Part shown: positions 30,745 through 40,344 of the stretch, in pieces
Layout: the number at the start of each line of letters is the position of its first letter
Position numbering within the stretch: position 1 is the first letter of the stretch
From: Pontiella sp.
GTDB lineage: Bacteria; Verrucomicrobiota; Kiritimatiellia; Kiritimatiellales; Pontiellaceae
Direction: 5' to 3'
Assembly (NCBI GenBank): GCA_041582935.1
Contig: JBFHGU010000004.1
Coordinates: 25,390-89,389, forward strand
DNA length: 64,000 nucleotides
Made by a program: the position numbers and the translations under genes
The notes under the pieces: generated by a model
The model's input: only the letters and a program-made list of their open reading frames with translations
Database searches by the model: none
Told to the model about the DNA's origin: nothing

Positions 30745-33327
30745 ATGCAGAACTTTTACCCAGGACAAAGATGGATCAGCGAAACCGAGCCCGAACTGGG
30801 GCTGGGTATCGTTGTCGAAGCCGCCGCCCGCGCGGTGCAGGTGTTTTTTCACGCCGCCGGCGAAATGCGCAACTATGCCGCCGCCAACGCCCCGCTCAAC
30901 CGCGTTCAGTTTGCGGTCGGCGACGAGGTGAAATCGAACGACGGCAAAAGCTTTTCCGTGGCCGCCGTCGAGGAGGATGCGAACGGCCTGATTACCTATG
31001 TTTCGGCCGACGGCACCCGCCTGGCCGAAACCGACCTCTCCGACACCTCCAGCTTTGACCGCCCGGAAACCCGCCTGCTCAACGGGCATGTGGATGAAAA
31101 CGTCCTGTTCGACCTGCGCCTTAGAACGCTGCGCGCGCGGCACGAATATGCCGCCCTGCCGGTCCGCGGCCTGCTCGGCGGCCGAATCGACCTGCTGCCG
31201 CACCAGCTCTACATTGCCCAGGAGGTCAGCAGCCGCCCGCTGCCGCGCGTCCTGCTGGCCGATGAAGTCGGCCTCGGCAAAACCATCGAAGCCTGCCTGA
31301 TCATGCACCGGCTGATCGTCTGCGGCATGGTGCGCCGCGCCCTGATTGTGGTGCCGAACGTACTGGTGCATCAGTGGTTTGTGGAGCTGCTGCGCCGCTT
31401 TAACCTCTCGTTCCGGATTTACGACGAAGACCGCTGCCGCGCCGTGGAAGACGGCGAACCCGGCATTAACCCGTTTCACGATGAGCAGCTCGTCCTCACC
31501 AGCATCGATTTCCTGGCCGCACAGCCGGAGCGCGCAGCCCAGGCGATTGCCTGCCGCTGGGACCTGATGATTGTCGACGAGGCGCACCATCTCCATTGGT
31601 CGCCGGAGGAGAGCAGTATTGAATACAGCATCGTCGAGCAGTTTGCGCAGCATATCCCGCGCCTGCTGCTGCTGACGGCCAGCCCGGAACAGATGGGGCT
31701 CGAAAGCCATTTCGCCCGCCTGCGCCTGCTCGATCCGCAGCGCTATCCCGACTTTGAAAGCTATAAAACCGAACACGCCCAGTATGCCGAAACCGCCGCG
31801 GAAATCAGCGCCTGCATCGATGAGCTCGACAGCTTCCAGCTGGCGGACGAGCTCGACCGCCACGGCCCGGGCCGCGTCATCTTCCGCAACACCCGGCGGA
31901 ATATGACCGGTTTTCCGAAACGCATCCCCCACCCGGTTCCGCTCGAGGGCGAAACCATGGACTGGCTGGTCACATTCATTCACGATCACCCGGCCGAAAA
32001 AATCCTCGTCATCGGAAAGACCCGGCAGGAGGTCATCGGCATTGTGGATGCCGTGAAAGCACGCTCCGGCGTGGACATCGCCTTCTTCCACGAGCAGATG
32101 CCGCTGGTGCAGTGCGACCGCCAGGCGGCCTGGTTTGCCGAGCCGGAGGGCGCACGGGTGATGGTGGTTTCAGAAATGGGCGGCGAAGGCCGTAATTTCC
32201 AGATGGCCTCGCACCTCGTGCTGATCGACCTGCCGCAGGATCCCGAACTGCTTGAACAGCGGATCGGCCGGCTCGACCGCATCGGCCAGCGCGGCGATGT
32301 GCATATTCATGTGCCCTACCGTAAAGGCACCCGCGAGGAACAGGTGTTCCGCTGGCTGCACGAAGGCCTCGATGCCTTCAGCGAACCGGTCATCGGCGGC
32401 TACGAAATGCTTGAACGCTTTGAACCGCAGCTGGAAAAGGTCACCGATAAGGTTATTGCCGAAACGCGCGCCTTCTATCAGCAGCGCCGCGCCGCCATCA
32501 CCGCCGGGCGCGACCGCCTGCTGGAGCTCTCTTCATTCCGGCCCGAGGTTGGAAACGCCGCCGCCGAACAGATCCGCGCCTGCGAAGAATCGCCCGACCT
32601 GCAGGATTATCTGCTGCAGGTGTTCGACCAGTACGGCGTGCGCGCCGACCGGCTCGACGAACACTCGTTCCACATCTGCCCCGACCAGCTCTTCGACGAA
32701 TGGTTTCCGCTGCCGGCCGACGGCCTGCGGATTACGTTTAACCGCGATGAGGCGCTCATTCGGCCGGACACCGTGCTGATGAGCTGGGACCACCCGATGG
32801 TCACCGGCGCGGGCGAACTGATGATCGGCTCCGAGCGCGGCAGCTGCGCCATTGCCGTGGATCCCGAACAGGATGCACCGCTGAAGCTGCAGGCCGTTTA
32901 TGTGCTCGAAACCGTGGCACCGCCCGGCCTGAATGCCGACCGCTTCCTGCCGCCGACCCCGATCAGCATTACCGTCGATCACGCCGGCGAAGAAACCGAT
33001 GAACCGCAGGACGCCCACCTCAAGGACGGCGAACCGTGGAAACTGCTGGAGCACGAAGGCATCCGCACGCAGATGATTCCCGCCATGCTGGAGGCGGGCA
33101 AATCGCTCGCCGAAGCACAGGCCGGCGAGTTCATCGCCGACGCCCGTAAAGAGATGCTCGAAACGCTCGGCGCGGAATTCAAGCGGCTCGAATACCTGCA
33201 GGAGGTGAACGACAACATCCGCGATGCAGAACTGCGCCACGCCCGCAGGGGCATCACCAAACTCGACCAGGCGCTCGCCGAAGCCCGCCTGCGGCTCGAC
33301 GCCGTGCGCATCATCACCGCCGGATAA
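30745..33327 (+). CDS. rapA: RNA polymerase-associated SNF2 ATPase RapA
   Basis: GQRWISETEPELGLG, LLADEVGLGKTIEA, VDEAHH, GGEGRNFQ, LEQRIGRLDRIGQ, RDRLLEL, WDHPMV, RLDAVRII. Confidence 0.93.
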   Translation: MQNFYPGQRWISETEPELGLGIVVEAAARAVQVFFHAAGEMRNYAAANAPLNRVQFAVGDEVKSNDGKSFSVAAVEEDANGLITYVSADGTRLAETDLSDTSSFDRPETRLLNGHVDENVLFDLRLRTLRARHEYAALPVRGLLGGRIDLLPHQLYIAQEVSSRPLPRVLLADEVGLGKTIEACLIMHRLIVCGMVRRALIVVPNVLVHQWFVELLRRFNLSFRIYDEDRCRAVEDGEPGINPFHDEQLVLTSIDFLAAQPERAAQAIACRWDLMIVDEAHHLHWSPEESSIEYSIVEQFAQHIPRLLLLTASPEQMGLESHFARLRLLDPQRYPDFESYKTEHAQYAETAAEISACIDELDSFQLADELDRHGPGRVIFRNTRRNMTGFPKRIPHPVPLEGETMDWLVTFIHDHPAEKILVIGKTRQEVIGIVDAVKARSGVDIAFFHEQMPLVQCDRQAAWFAEPEGARVMVVSEMGGEGRNFQMASHLVLIDLPQDPELLEQRIGRLDRIGQRGDVHIHVPYRKGTREEQVFRWLHEGLDAFSEPVIGGYEMLERFEPQLEKVTDKVIAETRAFYQQRRAAITAGRDRLLELSSFRPEVGNAAAEQIRACEESPDLQDYLLQVFDQYGVRADRLDEHSFHICPDQLFDEWFPLPADGLRITFNRDEALIRPDTVLMSWDHPMVTGAGELMIGSERGSCAIAVDPEQDAPLKLQAVYVLETVAPPGLNADRFLPPTPISITVDHAGEETDEPQDAHLKDGEPWKLLEHEGIRTQMIPAMLEAGKSLAEAQAGEFIADARKEMLETLGAEFKRLEYLQEVNDNIRDAELRHARRGITKLDQALAEARLRLDAVRIITAG

Positions 33328-33329
33328 TC

Positions 33330-34157
33330 ATGAATCTTCCGAATCCATCGCCCATAATCTGCCCGGTCTGCGGCGGACCGCTTTCGCTGCAGGACAGCAT
33401 GCTGCGCTGCTCAAATGGACATCCGTTCAACGTGGCGAAAGAGGGCTATGTCAACCTGCTGCTGAGCCATCAGCGCAAATCCAAAACGCCCGGCGACGAT
33501 CCGGAAATGGTCCGCGCCCGGCGGCGCTTTTTTGATTCCGGCGCATACGGCGGCTTAACCCAGGCCGTCCGGAACCTTCCCCTGCCCGAAAACGGCGCGG
33601 TGCTCGACTGCGGCTGCGGCGAGGGTCACCTGCTCGGCACGCTGAGCGGAACGCACAGCGGTTTCTGCTGCGGCATCGATATTTCGAAGAAGGCGGTGCA
33701 GCTGGCGGCGAAGCGGCATCGGCAGGCGGCGTGGCTGGTCGCCAACGGCATGCGGGATATTCCAATCGCCGATTCGTCGATGGATCTCATCCTGAGTGTT
33801 CTCGCGCCGCGGAACAATGATGAGTTTTACCGCATCCTGAAACCGGGCGGCAAACTGGTGCTCGGCGTACCCGGCCCGAACCACCTGATTGAGCTGCGCC
33901 GCCAGCTGCAGTTCAGCTCGGGCGACTTTGCAGACAAAGCCGATGCCGCCGCCGAAAAATGCGCCCCGCTCTTTAAAGAGACGAATCGGCAGCCGCTGTG
34001 CACCGCCGAGACCTTCTCGGCCGAGCAGCTGGCCGACCTCATCCGCATGACGCCGATCTTCTGGCGCTCCGGCGATGAAGCCAAAGCCAAGCTGACGGAG
34101 CTGGATGAGCTGACCGTCACGACCAGCTTTACGCTGCTGACGCTCGAAAAAGCCTGA
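33330..34157 (+). CDS. rlmA: RlmA-like 23S rRNA m1G methyltransferase
   Basis: Zn finger CPVC...CSNGH, AKEGYVNLL, PGDDPEMVRARRRF, LDCGCGEG, PGPNHLIELR, MTP. Confidence 0.82.
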   Translation: MNLPNPSPIICPVCGGPLSLQDSMLRCSNGHPFNVAKEGYVNLLLSHQRKSKTPGDDPEMVRARRRFFDSGAYGGLTQAVRNLPLPENGAVLDCGCGEGHLLGTLSGTHSGFCCGIDISKKAVQLAAKRHRQAAWLVANGMRDIPIADSSMDLILSVLAPRNNDEFYRILKPGGKLVLGVPGPNHLIELRRQLQFSSGDFADKADAAAEKCAPLFKETNRQPLCTAETFSAEQLADLIRMTPIFWRSGDEAKAKLTELDELTVTTSFTLLTLEKA

Positions 34158-34166
34158 CGCCGGCCG

Positions 34167-34222
34167 GCAGGGTCGCGGCCCCCGCCCTACACAAATAATG
34201 CAGCCGCGGTCCTCGACCGCGG
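34167..34222. repeat. REP pair (types A and B) downstream of the RAYT gene
   Basis: GCAGGGTCGCGGCCCCCGCCCTAC (GTAG on the minus strand) and GCAGCCGCGGTCCTCGACCGCGG. Confidence 0.85.
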
Positions 34223-34228
34223 ACGTGC

Positions 34229-34690
34229 TCACGGATAATCAATAAAACCCGCAAAGGGCCACCGATCTGGATCATCCACCAATCCTGCTCGGACGGGATT
34301 CTGGCGGACATATTCCCACTTTTCGGAATAGGATTCATTCGACCGCAGCAGGTGATCAAAGAACTCACGCTGCCAAAGAGATTTTCCGCTTCCAAGCAAG
34401 GGACAAATCTCCTTTGCGCTCCACTGCTTCCACGATCCAATCATCCGGGATAACAGCACACGGCTTTCAGCATCGACGCAGAAAAAATGGACGTGGTCGG
34501 GCATGATCACATACGAACCGATGGCCCAGCCATAGAGTTTGAATGATTTTATCCAATGTGCCCGGAGAATTTCGTGCACCTCTGGATCGGCGAGAACCCG
34601 TTTGCGGTTCAGAGTACAGATCGTGATGAAATAGCGGGGATGGGTTTGATACACAACGCTCAGCCGTCTCAGATGTTTCCGTTCCTGCAT
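34229..34690 (-). mobile_element. REP-associated tyrosine transposase (RAYT, Y1 HUH)
   Basis: YFITICT, YVIMPDHVH (HUH), LWQREFFDHLLR, YVRQNPVRAGLV. Flanked by GTAG REPs. Confidence 0.92.
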
Positions 34691-34743
34691 GAGTTTATCG
34701 TGCAGGGTTCGGATGAGAGGTGAAAGGCTTTTCCTGCCGGAAA

Positions 34744-34925
34744 GCGGGGTCGCGGCCCCCGCCCTACACCATGGGAACGTATAGCCGCGGTCCTCGACCG
34801 CGGAAGGCCGGTGCGGGATGAAGCGGGGTCACGGCCCCCGCCCTACACCATGGGAACGTGTAGCCGCGGTCCTCGACCACGGAAAACCCGGTGCGGGATG
34901 AAGCGGGATCGCGGCCCCGGCCTAC
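34744..34925. repeat. REP array (BIME/REPIN-like), 79-80 bp period, order A-B-A-B-A
   Basis: Type A at 34744, 34823 and 34903. Type B at 34781 and 34860. Linkers ACCATGGGAACGT and CCGGTGCGGGATGAA are conserved between units. Confidence 0.9.
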
Positions 34926-34935
34926 ACCTTTACGA

Positions 34936-35685
34936 CTATGCCTCTTCGGCTAAAAGGGCTGCGCCGTATGCGCCGGTGAAGTGCGGGTTGTCGGGAATAT
35001 GCACCGGCATCTTCAGGTGCTCCTGCAGGAGGTGCTGCATGCACGGATTGCGGGCAACACCCCCGGAAAACAGCAGGACCCCCTCCGGCGGCGCAACACG
35101 GCTGATCATGGTGAGCGCGCGTTTGAGCACCGACAGATGCAGGCCGCGCGCAATATCCCGCCGGTCGATGCCTTTGGCAATGAGCGAGGTCACCTCGGAC
35201 TCGGCAAACACGGCGCACATGCTGCTGATGGCGATTTCATTTTCGCCTTTCAGCGCCTGCCCGCCGAAGTCGTGCAGTTCATACCCCAGCGCGCGCGCCA
35301 TGATTTCGAGGAACTTGCCGGTGCCGGCGGCGCAGCGGTCGTTCATTTCGAACTTTTTGACCGCGCCTTTCTGGTTCAGCGCAATCACTTTAGTATCCTG
35401 CCCGCCGATATCGAGAATGACGCTCGTTTGCGGGTGCTGCGCCGCGGCGCCGCGGGCGTGGGCCTTGATCTCGGTGACGGTGGACGAACCGAACTCAATT
35501 TCAAACAGATCCCGGCCGTAGCCCGTGGCCATGACGCGGTCGCAGCGGACCCCGTTGAGCAGTCCGCGCGCACCGGCCATGGGATCAAACCCGGTTTCGG
35601 TTTCGCGGCTCTCGACGATTTCGCCGTTTTCCACCACCACCAGCTCGATGCTTCGGGAACCGATATCTATGCCGGCGCAGCGCAT
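34936..35685 (-). CDS. ATP-dependent activator (HgdC/archerase family, DCCP reductase-like)
   Basis: GIDIGS, TGYGR, TEIKAHARG, DIGGQDTK, MNDRCAAGTG, SSMCAVFAESEV. Confidence 0.92.
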   Translation of the reverse strand: MRCAGIDIGSRSIELVVVENGEIVESRETETGFDPMAGARGLLNGVRCDRVMATGYGRDLFEIEFGSSTVTEIKAHARGAAAQHPQTSVILDIGGQDTKVIALNQKGAVKKFEMNDRCAAGTGKFLEIMARALGYELHDFGGQALKGENEIAISSMCAVFAESEVTSLIAKGIDRRDIARGLHLSVLKRALTMISRVAPPEGVLLFSGGVARNPCMQHLLQEHLKMPVHIPDNPHFTGAYGAALLAEEA

Positions 35686-36962
35686 TAGGCTTTTAACTGC
35701 TCCACAAAGGCTTCCACCCGCGTTTTCAGCTGTCCGAGATCTTCAGTTCCGTAGTCGGTCTCAACCCGCAGCACGGGAATTTCTTTGTCCTCGAGCGTCT
35801 TTTCCACATTCATCGATTCCATGATATAGGGCTGGCAGAACTGCAGGCCGTAATGGATGACGCCGTCCGCGTTGGCGCTCTCGACCATCTCTTCAATATG
35901 TTCGACGCGGTCGCGGTTCGGAGTGAATACGGCGCAGTCGACCTTGAAGTAGCGGTCGACGATGCCCTCGATCAGCCCGTCAACGGTTTCGGCATCGCCG
36001 GGAACGAGGTTGCGGCAGCCGCGCTCGCCGATGCAGGATTCTTCGCCGACAATTACGCCGCCGCACGACTCGATCACGGCCGGCAGCTTCCAGTTCGGCA
36101 CCGCCATCGGACAGCCCGAAATGAGAATCCGCGGCGTGCCCGCCGGAAAGACGCCGACATGTTCAGCCTTGCGGCGTTCCAGCTCGTCGCAGATGGTGTT
36201 GACCGATTCCGTAAAGCGAACGGGATCGTCGAAGAAGGCAATCTGGTTCGCCAGCAGGGCGTCCAGGCCGGAGATCGGCGCGGGATCGGCGCCGCGCAGC
36301 TTGGCCAGGCGATGCAGTGCATGGCGCTTGGCGTTTACAATGGTAATCGATTTTTTAAGCTTTTCGGGCGTGATGGTCACGCCGGTGAGCTCTTCCAGCT
36401 GTTCTTTAAAGCGGATGTACTCGGCTTTCAGCAGGGCGCGTCCCTGTTCCGACTTCATCTGAGGCAGATCCATCACATACAAATTGTCAATCAGGCCGTC
36501 GAGCGATTCGTAGGCCTTCTTCTTGCCGTCGCAGGTGTTTTCGCCGACGACCAGGTCCGAGACCTCGAGATAGGGGCAGACGCCGCCGAGCTTAAACCCG
36601 AACGCGGATTTGATCAGCGCACAGGTATTCCGGGGCAGGTACTGCTCCACCTGGTCCAGCGCAAAGTCCGCCCCTGCGCACAGCCCGACCAGCGCGGCAT
36701 CGGCCGCCAGCACCAGCTCCTCCGGAACAAACACACAGTAGGCGCCGATCACTTTCCGGCCGGCGGCCTTATGGTCCACTAGCTCCTTGATGCGCAGGCC
36801 GTGGACCTCGCTCATGACAAAATCAAAATAGTCCATGCCCTTCGGCCGGTCCTGCTGCGTCAGGAAGGTATCCCCATACAGTTTGCCAAGCACCTCAAGC
36901 AGCATGTCGTGCGCTTCCAGGTTCATCCCCAGCTCTTTCCACATTTCTCTATAGTCCGCCAT
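35685..36962 (-). CDS. Double-cubane-cluster protein (DCCP)-like reductase, 2-hydroxyacyl-CoA dehydratase superfamily
   Basis: YCVFVPEE, GLCAG, LPRNTCALIKS, CPY, ENTCDGKKK, NQIAFFDDP, EESCIGER, DCAVFTPN, LQFCQPY, GQLKTRVEAF. Confidence 0.85.
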   Translation of the reverse strand: MADYREMWKELGMNLEAHDMLLEVLGKLYGDTFLTQQDRPKGMDYFDFVMSEVHGLRIKELVDHKAAGRKVIGAYCVFVPEELVLAADAALVGLCAGADFALDQVEQYLPRNTCALIKSAFGFKLGGVCPYLEVSDLVVGENTCDGKKKAYESLDGLIDNLYVMDLPQMKSEQGRALLKAEYIRFKEQLEELTGVTITPEKLKKSITIVNAKRHALHRLAKLRGADPAPISGLDALLANQIAFFDDPVRFTESVNTICDELERRKAEHVGVFPAGTPRILISGCPMAVPNWKLPAVIESCGGVIVGEESCIGERGCRNLVPGDAETVDGLIEGIVDRYFKVDCAVFTPNRDRVEHIEEMVESANADGVIHYGLQFCQPYIMESMNVEKTLEDKEIPVLRVETDYGTEDLGQLKTRVEAFVEQLKA

Positions 36963-37054
36963 ACTCTCTCCGTTGGTAAATTGCAGGCCGAAGACCATAT
37001 AACACCCCGGGCTTCCGGTGCAATGGACTCTGAAGCCTATTCGCCCCGACCGCC

Positions 37055-38305
37055 TCAGCCCTGCCCCAAACGCAGCGAGGCGATATCGGCGCCGGACGGC
37101 TGCTGGTAGACCCGCAGGCCAAACTCGGGCAGCGCGGCGAGGATATGGTCGAAGATGTCGGCCTGGATCCCCTCATAGGCCGCCCAGTTCTGATCGGCAC
37201 TGAAAACATAAATCTCAATCGGCAGTCCCTGTGCGGTCGGCTGCAGGTGGCGGACGAGGAAGGTCAGGCCCTTGTGGATCTTCGGGTTGTCGCGCAGGTA
37301 GTTCACCAGGTAGGCGCGGAAAATCCCGAGGTTGGTCTGCCGGCGGCCGTTGACCACGGCCGCCGAGAGATCCATATTGCGCGCCGCATTGTCTTCATTG
37401 ATTTCCTCCTGCTTGCGCATCACATACTCCCGGAGCAGCTCCATCGACTGGAATTTCTGCAGCATCGCCTCGTCGGCAAATTTGACCGTATTCATGTCGA
37501 TGCAGATGGAGCGTTTAATCCGCCGCCCGCCGGACTCGCTCATGCCGCGCCAGTTTTTGAAGGAGTCGGAAATCAGCGCATAGGTGGGAATGGTGCTGAT
37601 GGTTTTATCCCAGTTGCGCACCTTGACCGTGTTGACGGTCACTTCGATCACATCGCCGTCGGCGCCGTATTTGGGCATTTCAATCCAGTCGCCCTCGCGG
37701 ATCATATCGTTGGCGCCGAGCTGGATGCCGGCCACAAAGCCGAGGATGGAATCCTTGAAAACGAGCATGGTTACGGCGGTCATACCGCCCATCAGGCCGA
37801 ACAGCCCCCACGGCTCCTTATTGATCAGCACCGAGATCATAAAGATGCCGGCCAGCAGGTAAGTCACAATCAGCAGCGCCTGGAACAGCGGGCGGATCGG
37901 CTTGCGGTGCTCATCCATTGAGCTGTGGTAAACATCGCAGGCCGCATTCAGGAAGGCTTCCACCGTGCGCGCGCCGATAAAAATGATCACCGCGAAAACA
38001 ATGCGTTTGATCAGGATAAAATTATCCGGCGCAATCCGATCCAGCCCGATGAGGACGAACGTCAGCGGAATCAGCCGCAGCGCGCGGTGGAACACCCGCG
38101 ATTCCATCAGCTTATCATCCCAGGTGTTGGAGGTCTTTTCCGTGACGCGGCGGATGATTTTGAGCAGATAGTTCTTCAGCACCCAGTACACCAGGTAGGC
38201 TGCGGCAAAAATCACCGCCGCCGCGGCGACCGCGGCGGTCTCGTCGGCCGCGGCATTCGGCACGCCGCGGGAAACCAGGAAATCTTCAATGATCGTCGTC
38301 AGCAT
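37055..38305 (-). CDS. MscS-family mechanosensitive channel (YbdG-like)
   Basis: FKDSILGFVAGIQL, GDWIEMPKYGADG, VRNWDKTI, SFKNWRGMSESGGRRIKRS, GLPIEIY. Confidence 0.93.
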   Translation of the reverse strand: MLTTIIEDFLVSRGVPNAAADETAAVAAAAVIFAAAYLVYWVLKNYLLKIIRRVTEKTSNTWDDKLMESRVFHRALRLIPLTFVLIGLDRIAPDNFILIKRIVFAVIIFIGARTVEAFLNAACDVYHSSMDEHRKPIRPLFQALLIVTYLLAGIFMISVLINKEPWGLFGLMGGMTAVTMLVFKDSILGFVAGIQLGANDMIREGDWIEMPKYGADGDVIEVTVNTVKVRNWDKTISTIPTYALISDSFKNWRGMSESGGRRIKRSICIDMNTVKFADEAMLQKFQSMELLREYVMRKQEEINEDNAARNMDLSAAVVNGRRQTNLGIFRAYLVNYLRDNPKIHKGLTFLVRHLQPTAQGLPIEIYVFSADQNWAAYEGIQADIFDHILAALPEFGLRVYQQPSGADIASLRLGQG

Positions 38306-38428
38306 AAAACCCACTCCCTTTAAAAAGCCACGCAGTTTAGCGGCTCTTGTCAGAAATTGCATCAGCATATCGTTGATTCCTTAAGAGCGCGCCGTGCAGC
38401 ATGCCGCCCTCGAAAAACAAAGGAAACT

Positions 38429-39268
38429 ATGAAGACAGCCACACTCATTTTCGCCGTTCTGGCCGCCGGCACGGTGCTGGGCGCCGAACTGGCGCCGGAC
38501 CGGACCGTGCCCTATAAAGAGACCCCGCAAGGCGAACTGAAACTGCACATCTTCAACCCCGACGGCCTGCAGAAAGGCCAGAACCGGCCGGCAGTGGTTT
38601 TCTTTTTCGGCGGCGGATGGACCGGCGGTACGCCTGATCATTTCTATCCGCAGGCCGCCTACCTGGCCGACCGCGGCATGGTGGCCGTCTGCGCCGAGTA
38701 CCGCACCAAAAAAGGCCACGGCACCGATCCGCGCGCCAGCGTGATGGATGCCAAATCCGCCCTGCGCTGGATGCGGAGCAAATCCAAGCGGCTCGGGATC
38801 GACCCGAACCGCCTGGCCGCCGGCGGCGGATCAGCCGGCGGGCACCTGGCCGCCGCCGCGGCCACGCTGGGCAAATTCAGCGAACCCGACGAAGATCCCG
38901 GCGTGAGCTGCATACCCAACGCCCTTATTCTGTTCAACCCGGTCTACGACAACTCCGAAAACGGCTACGGTTACGACCGCGTGAAAGACTACTGGGAAGA
39001 TTTTTCACCGCTCCACAATATCGCCAAGGGAATGCCGCCGACGATTGTCTTCCTGGGAACCGAGGACAAGCTCGTTCCGGTTGCCGCCGCCGAGGCCTTT
39101 CAGGCAAAGATGAAAGCCAACGGCGACCGCTCCGAACTGCTGATTTACGAGGGGATGCCGCACGGCTTCTTCAACCAGTCGAAGAAAAACAACAAGTATG
39201 CCGAAACCGTAGCCGAAATGGACCGTTTCCTCGTCTCGCTCGGCTGGCTGGAGCCGAAGCCGGAATAA
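38429..39268 (+). CDS. Exported alpha/beta hydrolase (esterase)
   Basis: Signal peptide, FFGGGW, GGSAGGHLA, GTED, HGFF. Confidence 0.9.
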   Translation: MKTATLIFAVLAAGTVLGAELAPDRTVPYKETPQGELKLHIFNPDGLQKGQNRPAVVFFFGGGWTGGTPDHFYPQAAYLADRGMVAVCAEYRTKKGHGTDPRASVMDAKSALRWMRSKSKRLGIDPNRLAAGGGSAGGHLAAAAATLGKFSEPDEDPGVSCIPNALILFNPVYDNSENGYGYDRVKDYWEDFSPLHNIAKGMPPTIVFLGTEDKLVPVAAAEAFQAKMKANGDRSELLIYEGMPHGFFNQSKKNNKYAETVAEMDRFLVSLGWLEPKPE

Positions 39269-39337
39269 GCAATCTTATCATCTCTTTTTCCCCGCGGCAC
39301 CGGCAGCGCGTGGGTATGAACGACGGACCAAAGGAGG

Positions 39338-40252
39338 ATGTTCATGAACCACAACGATATCGCCGGCCGCCAGGTGGCCGACCGGCTGCTTGAACAGATC
39401 GCGCATGATGCTGCCGCCCTCAAACAGCAGCACTGGAATCCCAAGCTCGTCTCCATCAAGGTCGGCAGCGACAAGGCGGTCGACCTCTATGTCCGCAACC
39501 AGAAACGCAATGCCGACAGAGCGGGGATTGAATTCGTGGAGCGGCAGTACCCCGGCACGATTTCCGTGGATGAGCTCACCGCCGCCATCAGCAACCTGAA
39601 TATCGACCCGACGGTAACCGGAATTATCCTCCAGCGCCCCGTACCCGCCCACCTGCCGGTCAAGGCGCTGCAGGAAACCATCCATCCGCTCAAAGACGTC
39701 GAGGGCATGCATCCGAAATCGATCGGCAACATTGTCTACGGCGAACTCGAGCTGGCCCCATGCACCGCCAAAGCCTCCGTCGAAATCCTGAAAAGCACCG
39801 GCCTGAGCCTCGAGGGACTGGAAGCCTGCGTGATCGGCCATTCCGAGATCGTCGGCAAACCGATTGCCTTCCTGCTCATGGCCGAGGGCGCAACCGTGAC
39901 GGTCTGCCACCACATGACGCGCGAGGTCGCCGTACACTCCCGCCGCGCCGATGCCGTCTTCGTGGCGGTCGGCAAAGCGGGGCTGCTCACCGGCGATATG
40001 ATCAAACCCGGTGCAGTGGTCATCGACATCGGCATCAACGTCATCGAGGGCGAAGACGGAAAAACCCGGGTCGTCGGCGACTGCGATTATGAATCGTGCC
40101 GGCAGACCGCCGGCTGGATTACGCCGGTGCCCGGCGGCGTTGGCCCGGTGACGCTTGCGATCCTGATGCGGAACACCGTTACGGCGGCCGCGCGCCTGCA
40201 GCAGCACTACATCAAGCACTTCCAGGGTTCGGCGCCGGAGTTCCCGCTTTAA
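39338..40252 (+). CDS. folD: Methylene-THF dehydrogenase (FolD family), divergent
   Basis: GIILQRP, KDVEG, PCTA, GHSEIVGKP, IDIGIN, VVGD, ITPVPGGVGPVT. Confidence 0.9.
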   Translation: MFMNHNDIAGRQVADRLLEQIAHDAAALKQQHWNPKLVSIKVGSDKAVDLYVRNQKRNADRAGIEFVERQYPGTISVDELTAAISNLNIDPTVTGIILQRPVPAHLPVKALQETIHPLKDVEGMHPKSIGNIVYGELELAPCTAKASVEILKSTGLSLEGLEACVIGHSEIVGKPIAFLLMAEGATVTVCHHMTREVAVHSRRADAVFVAVGKAGLLTGDMIKPGAVVIDIGINVIEGEDGKTRVVGDCDYESCRQTAGWITPVPGGVGPVTLAILMRNTVTAAARLQQHYIKHFQGSAPEFPL

Positions 40253-40344
40253 CCGGCCGCCGGCGTATTTTTTATGATTTACCGCTCCGTACCGTCCGGG
40301 CGCCATGGTAAACAAGCCGCTGATTTTTCAGGAGATATGTTTTG

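Noticed and set aside
30745-33327. SNF2 helicase as a possible anti-phage defence gene
   Set aside because: N- and C-terminal motifs are those of RapA, and there are no neighbouring DNA methylase, nuclease or other defence-type genes.
34744-34925. 79-80 bp periodic repeats as a possible CRISPR array
   Set aside because: The linkers are near-identical rather than unique spacers, there are no cas genes, and GTAG hairpins plus the adjacent RAYT explain them as REPs.
39269-39337. ZTP, THF or purine riboswitch upstream of folD-fhs (purF leader also checked)
   Set aside because: The leaders are too short and show no recognisable consensus elements.
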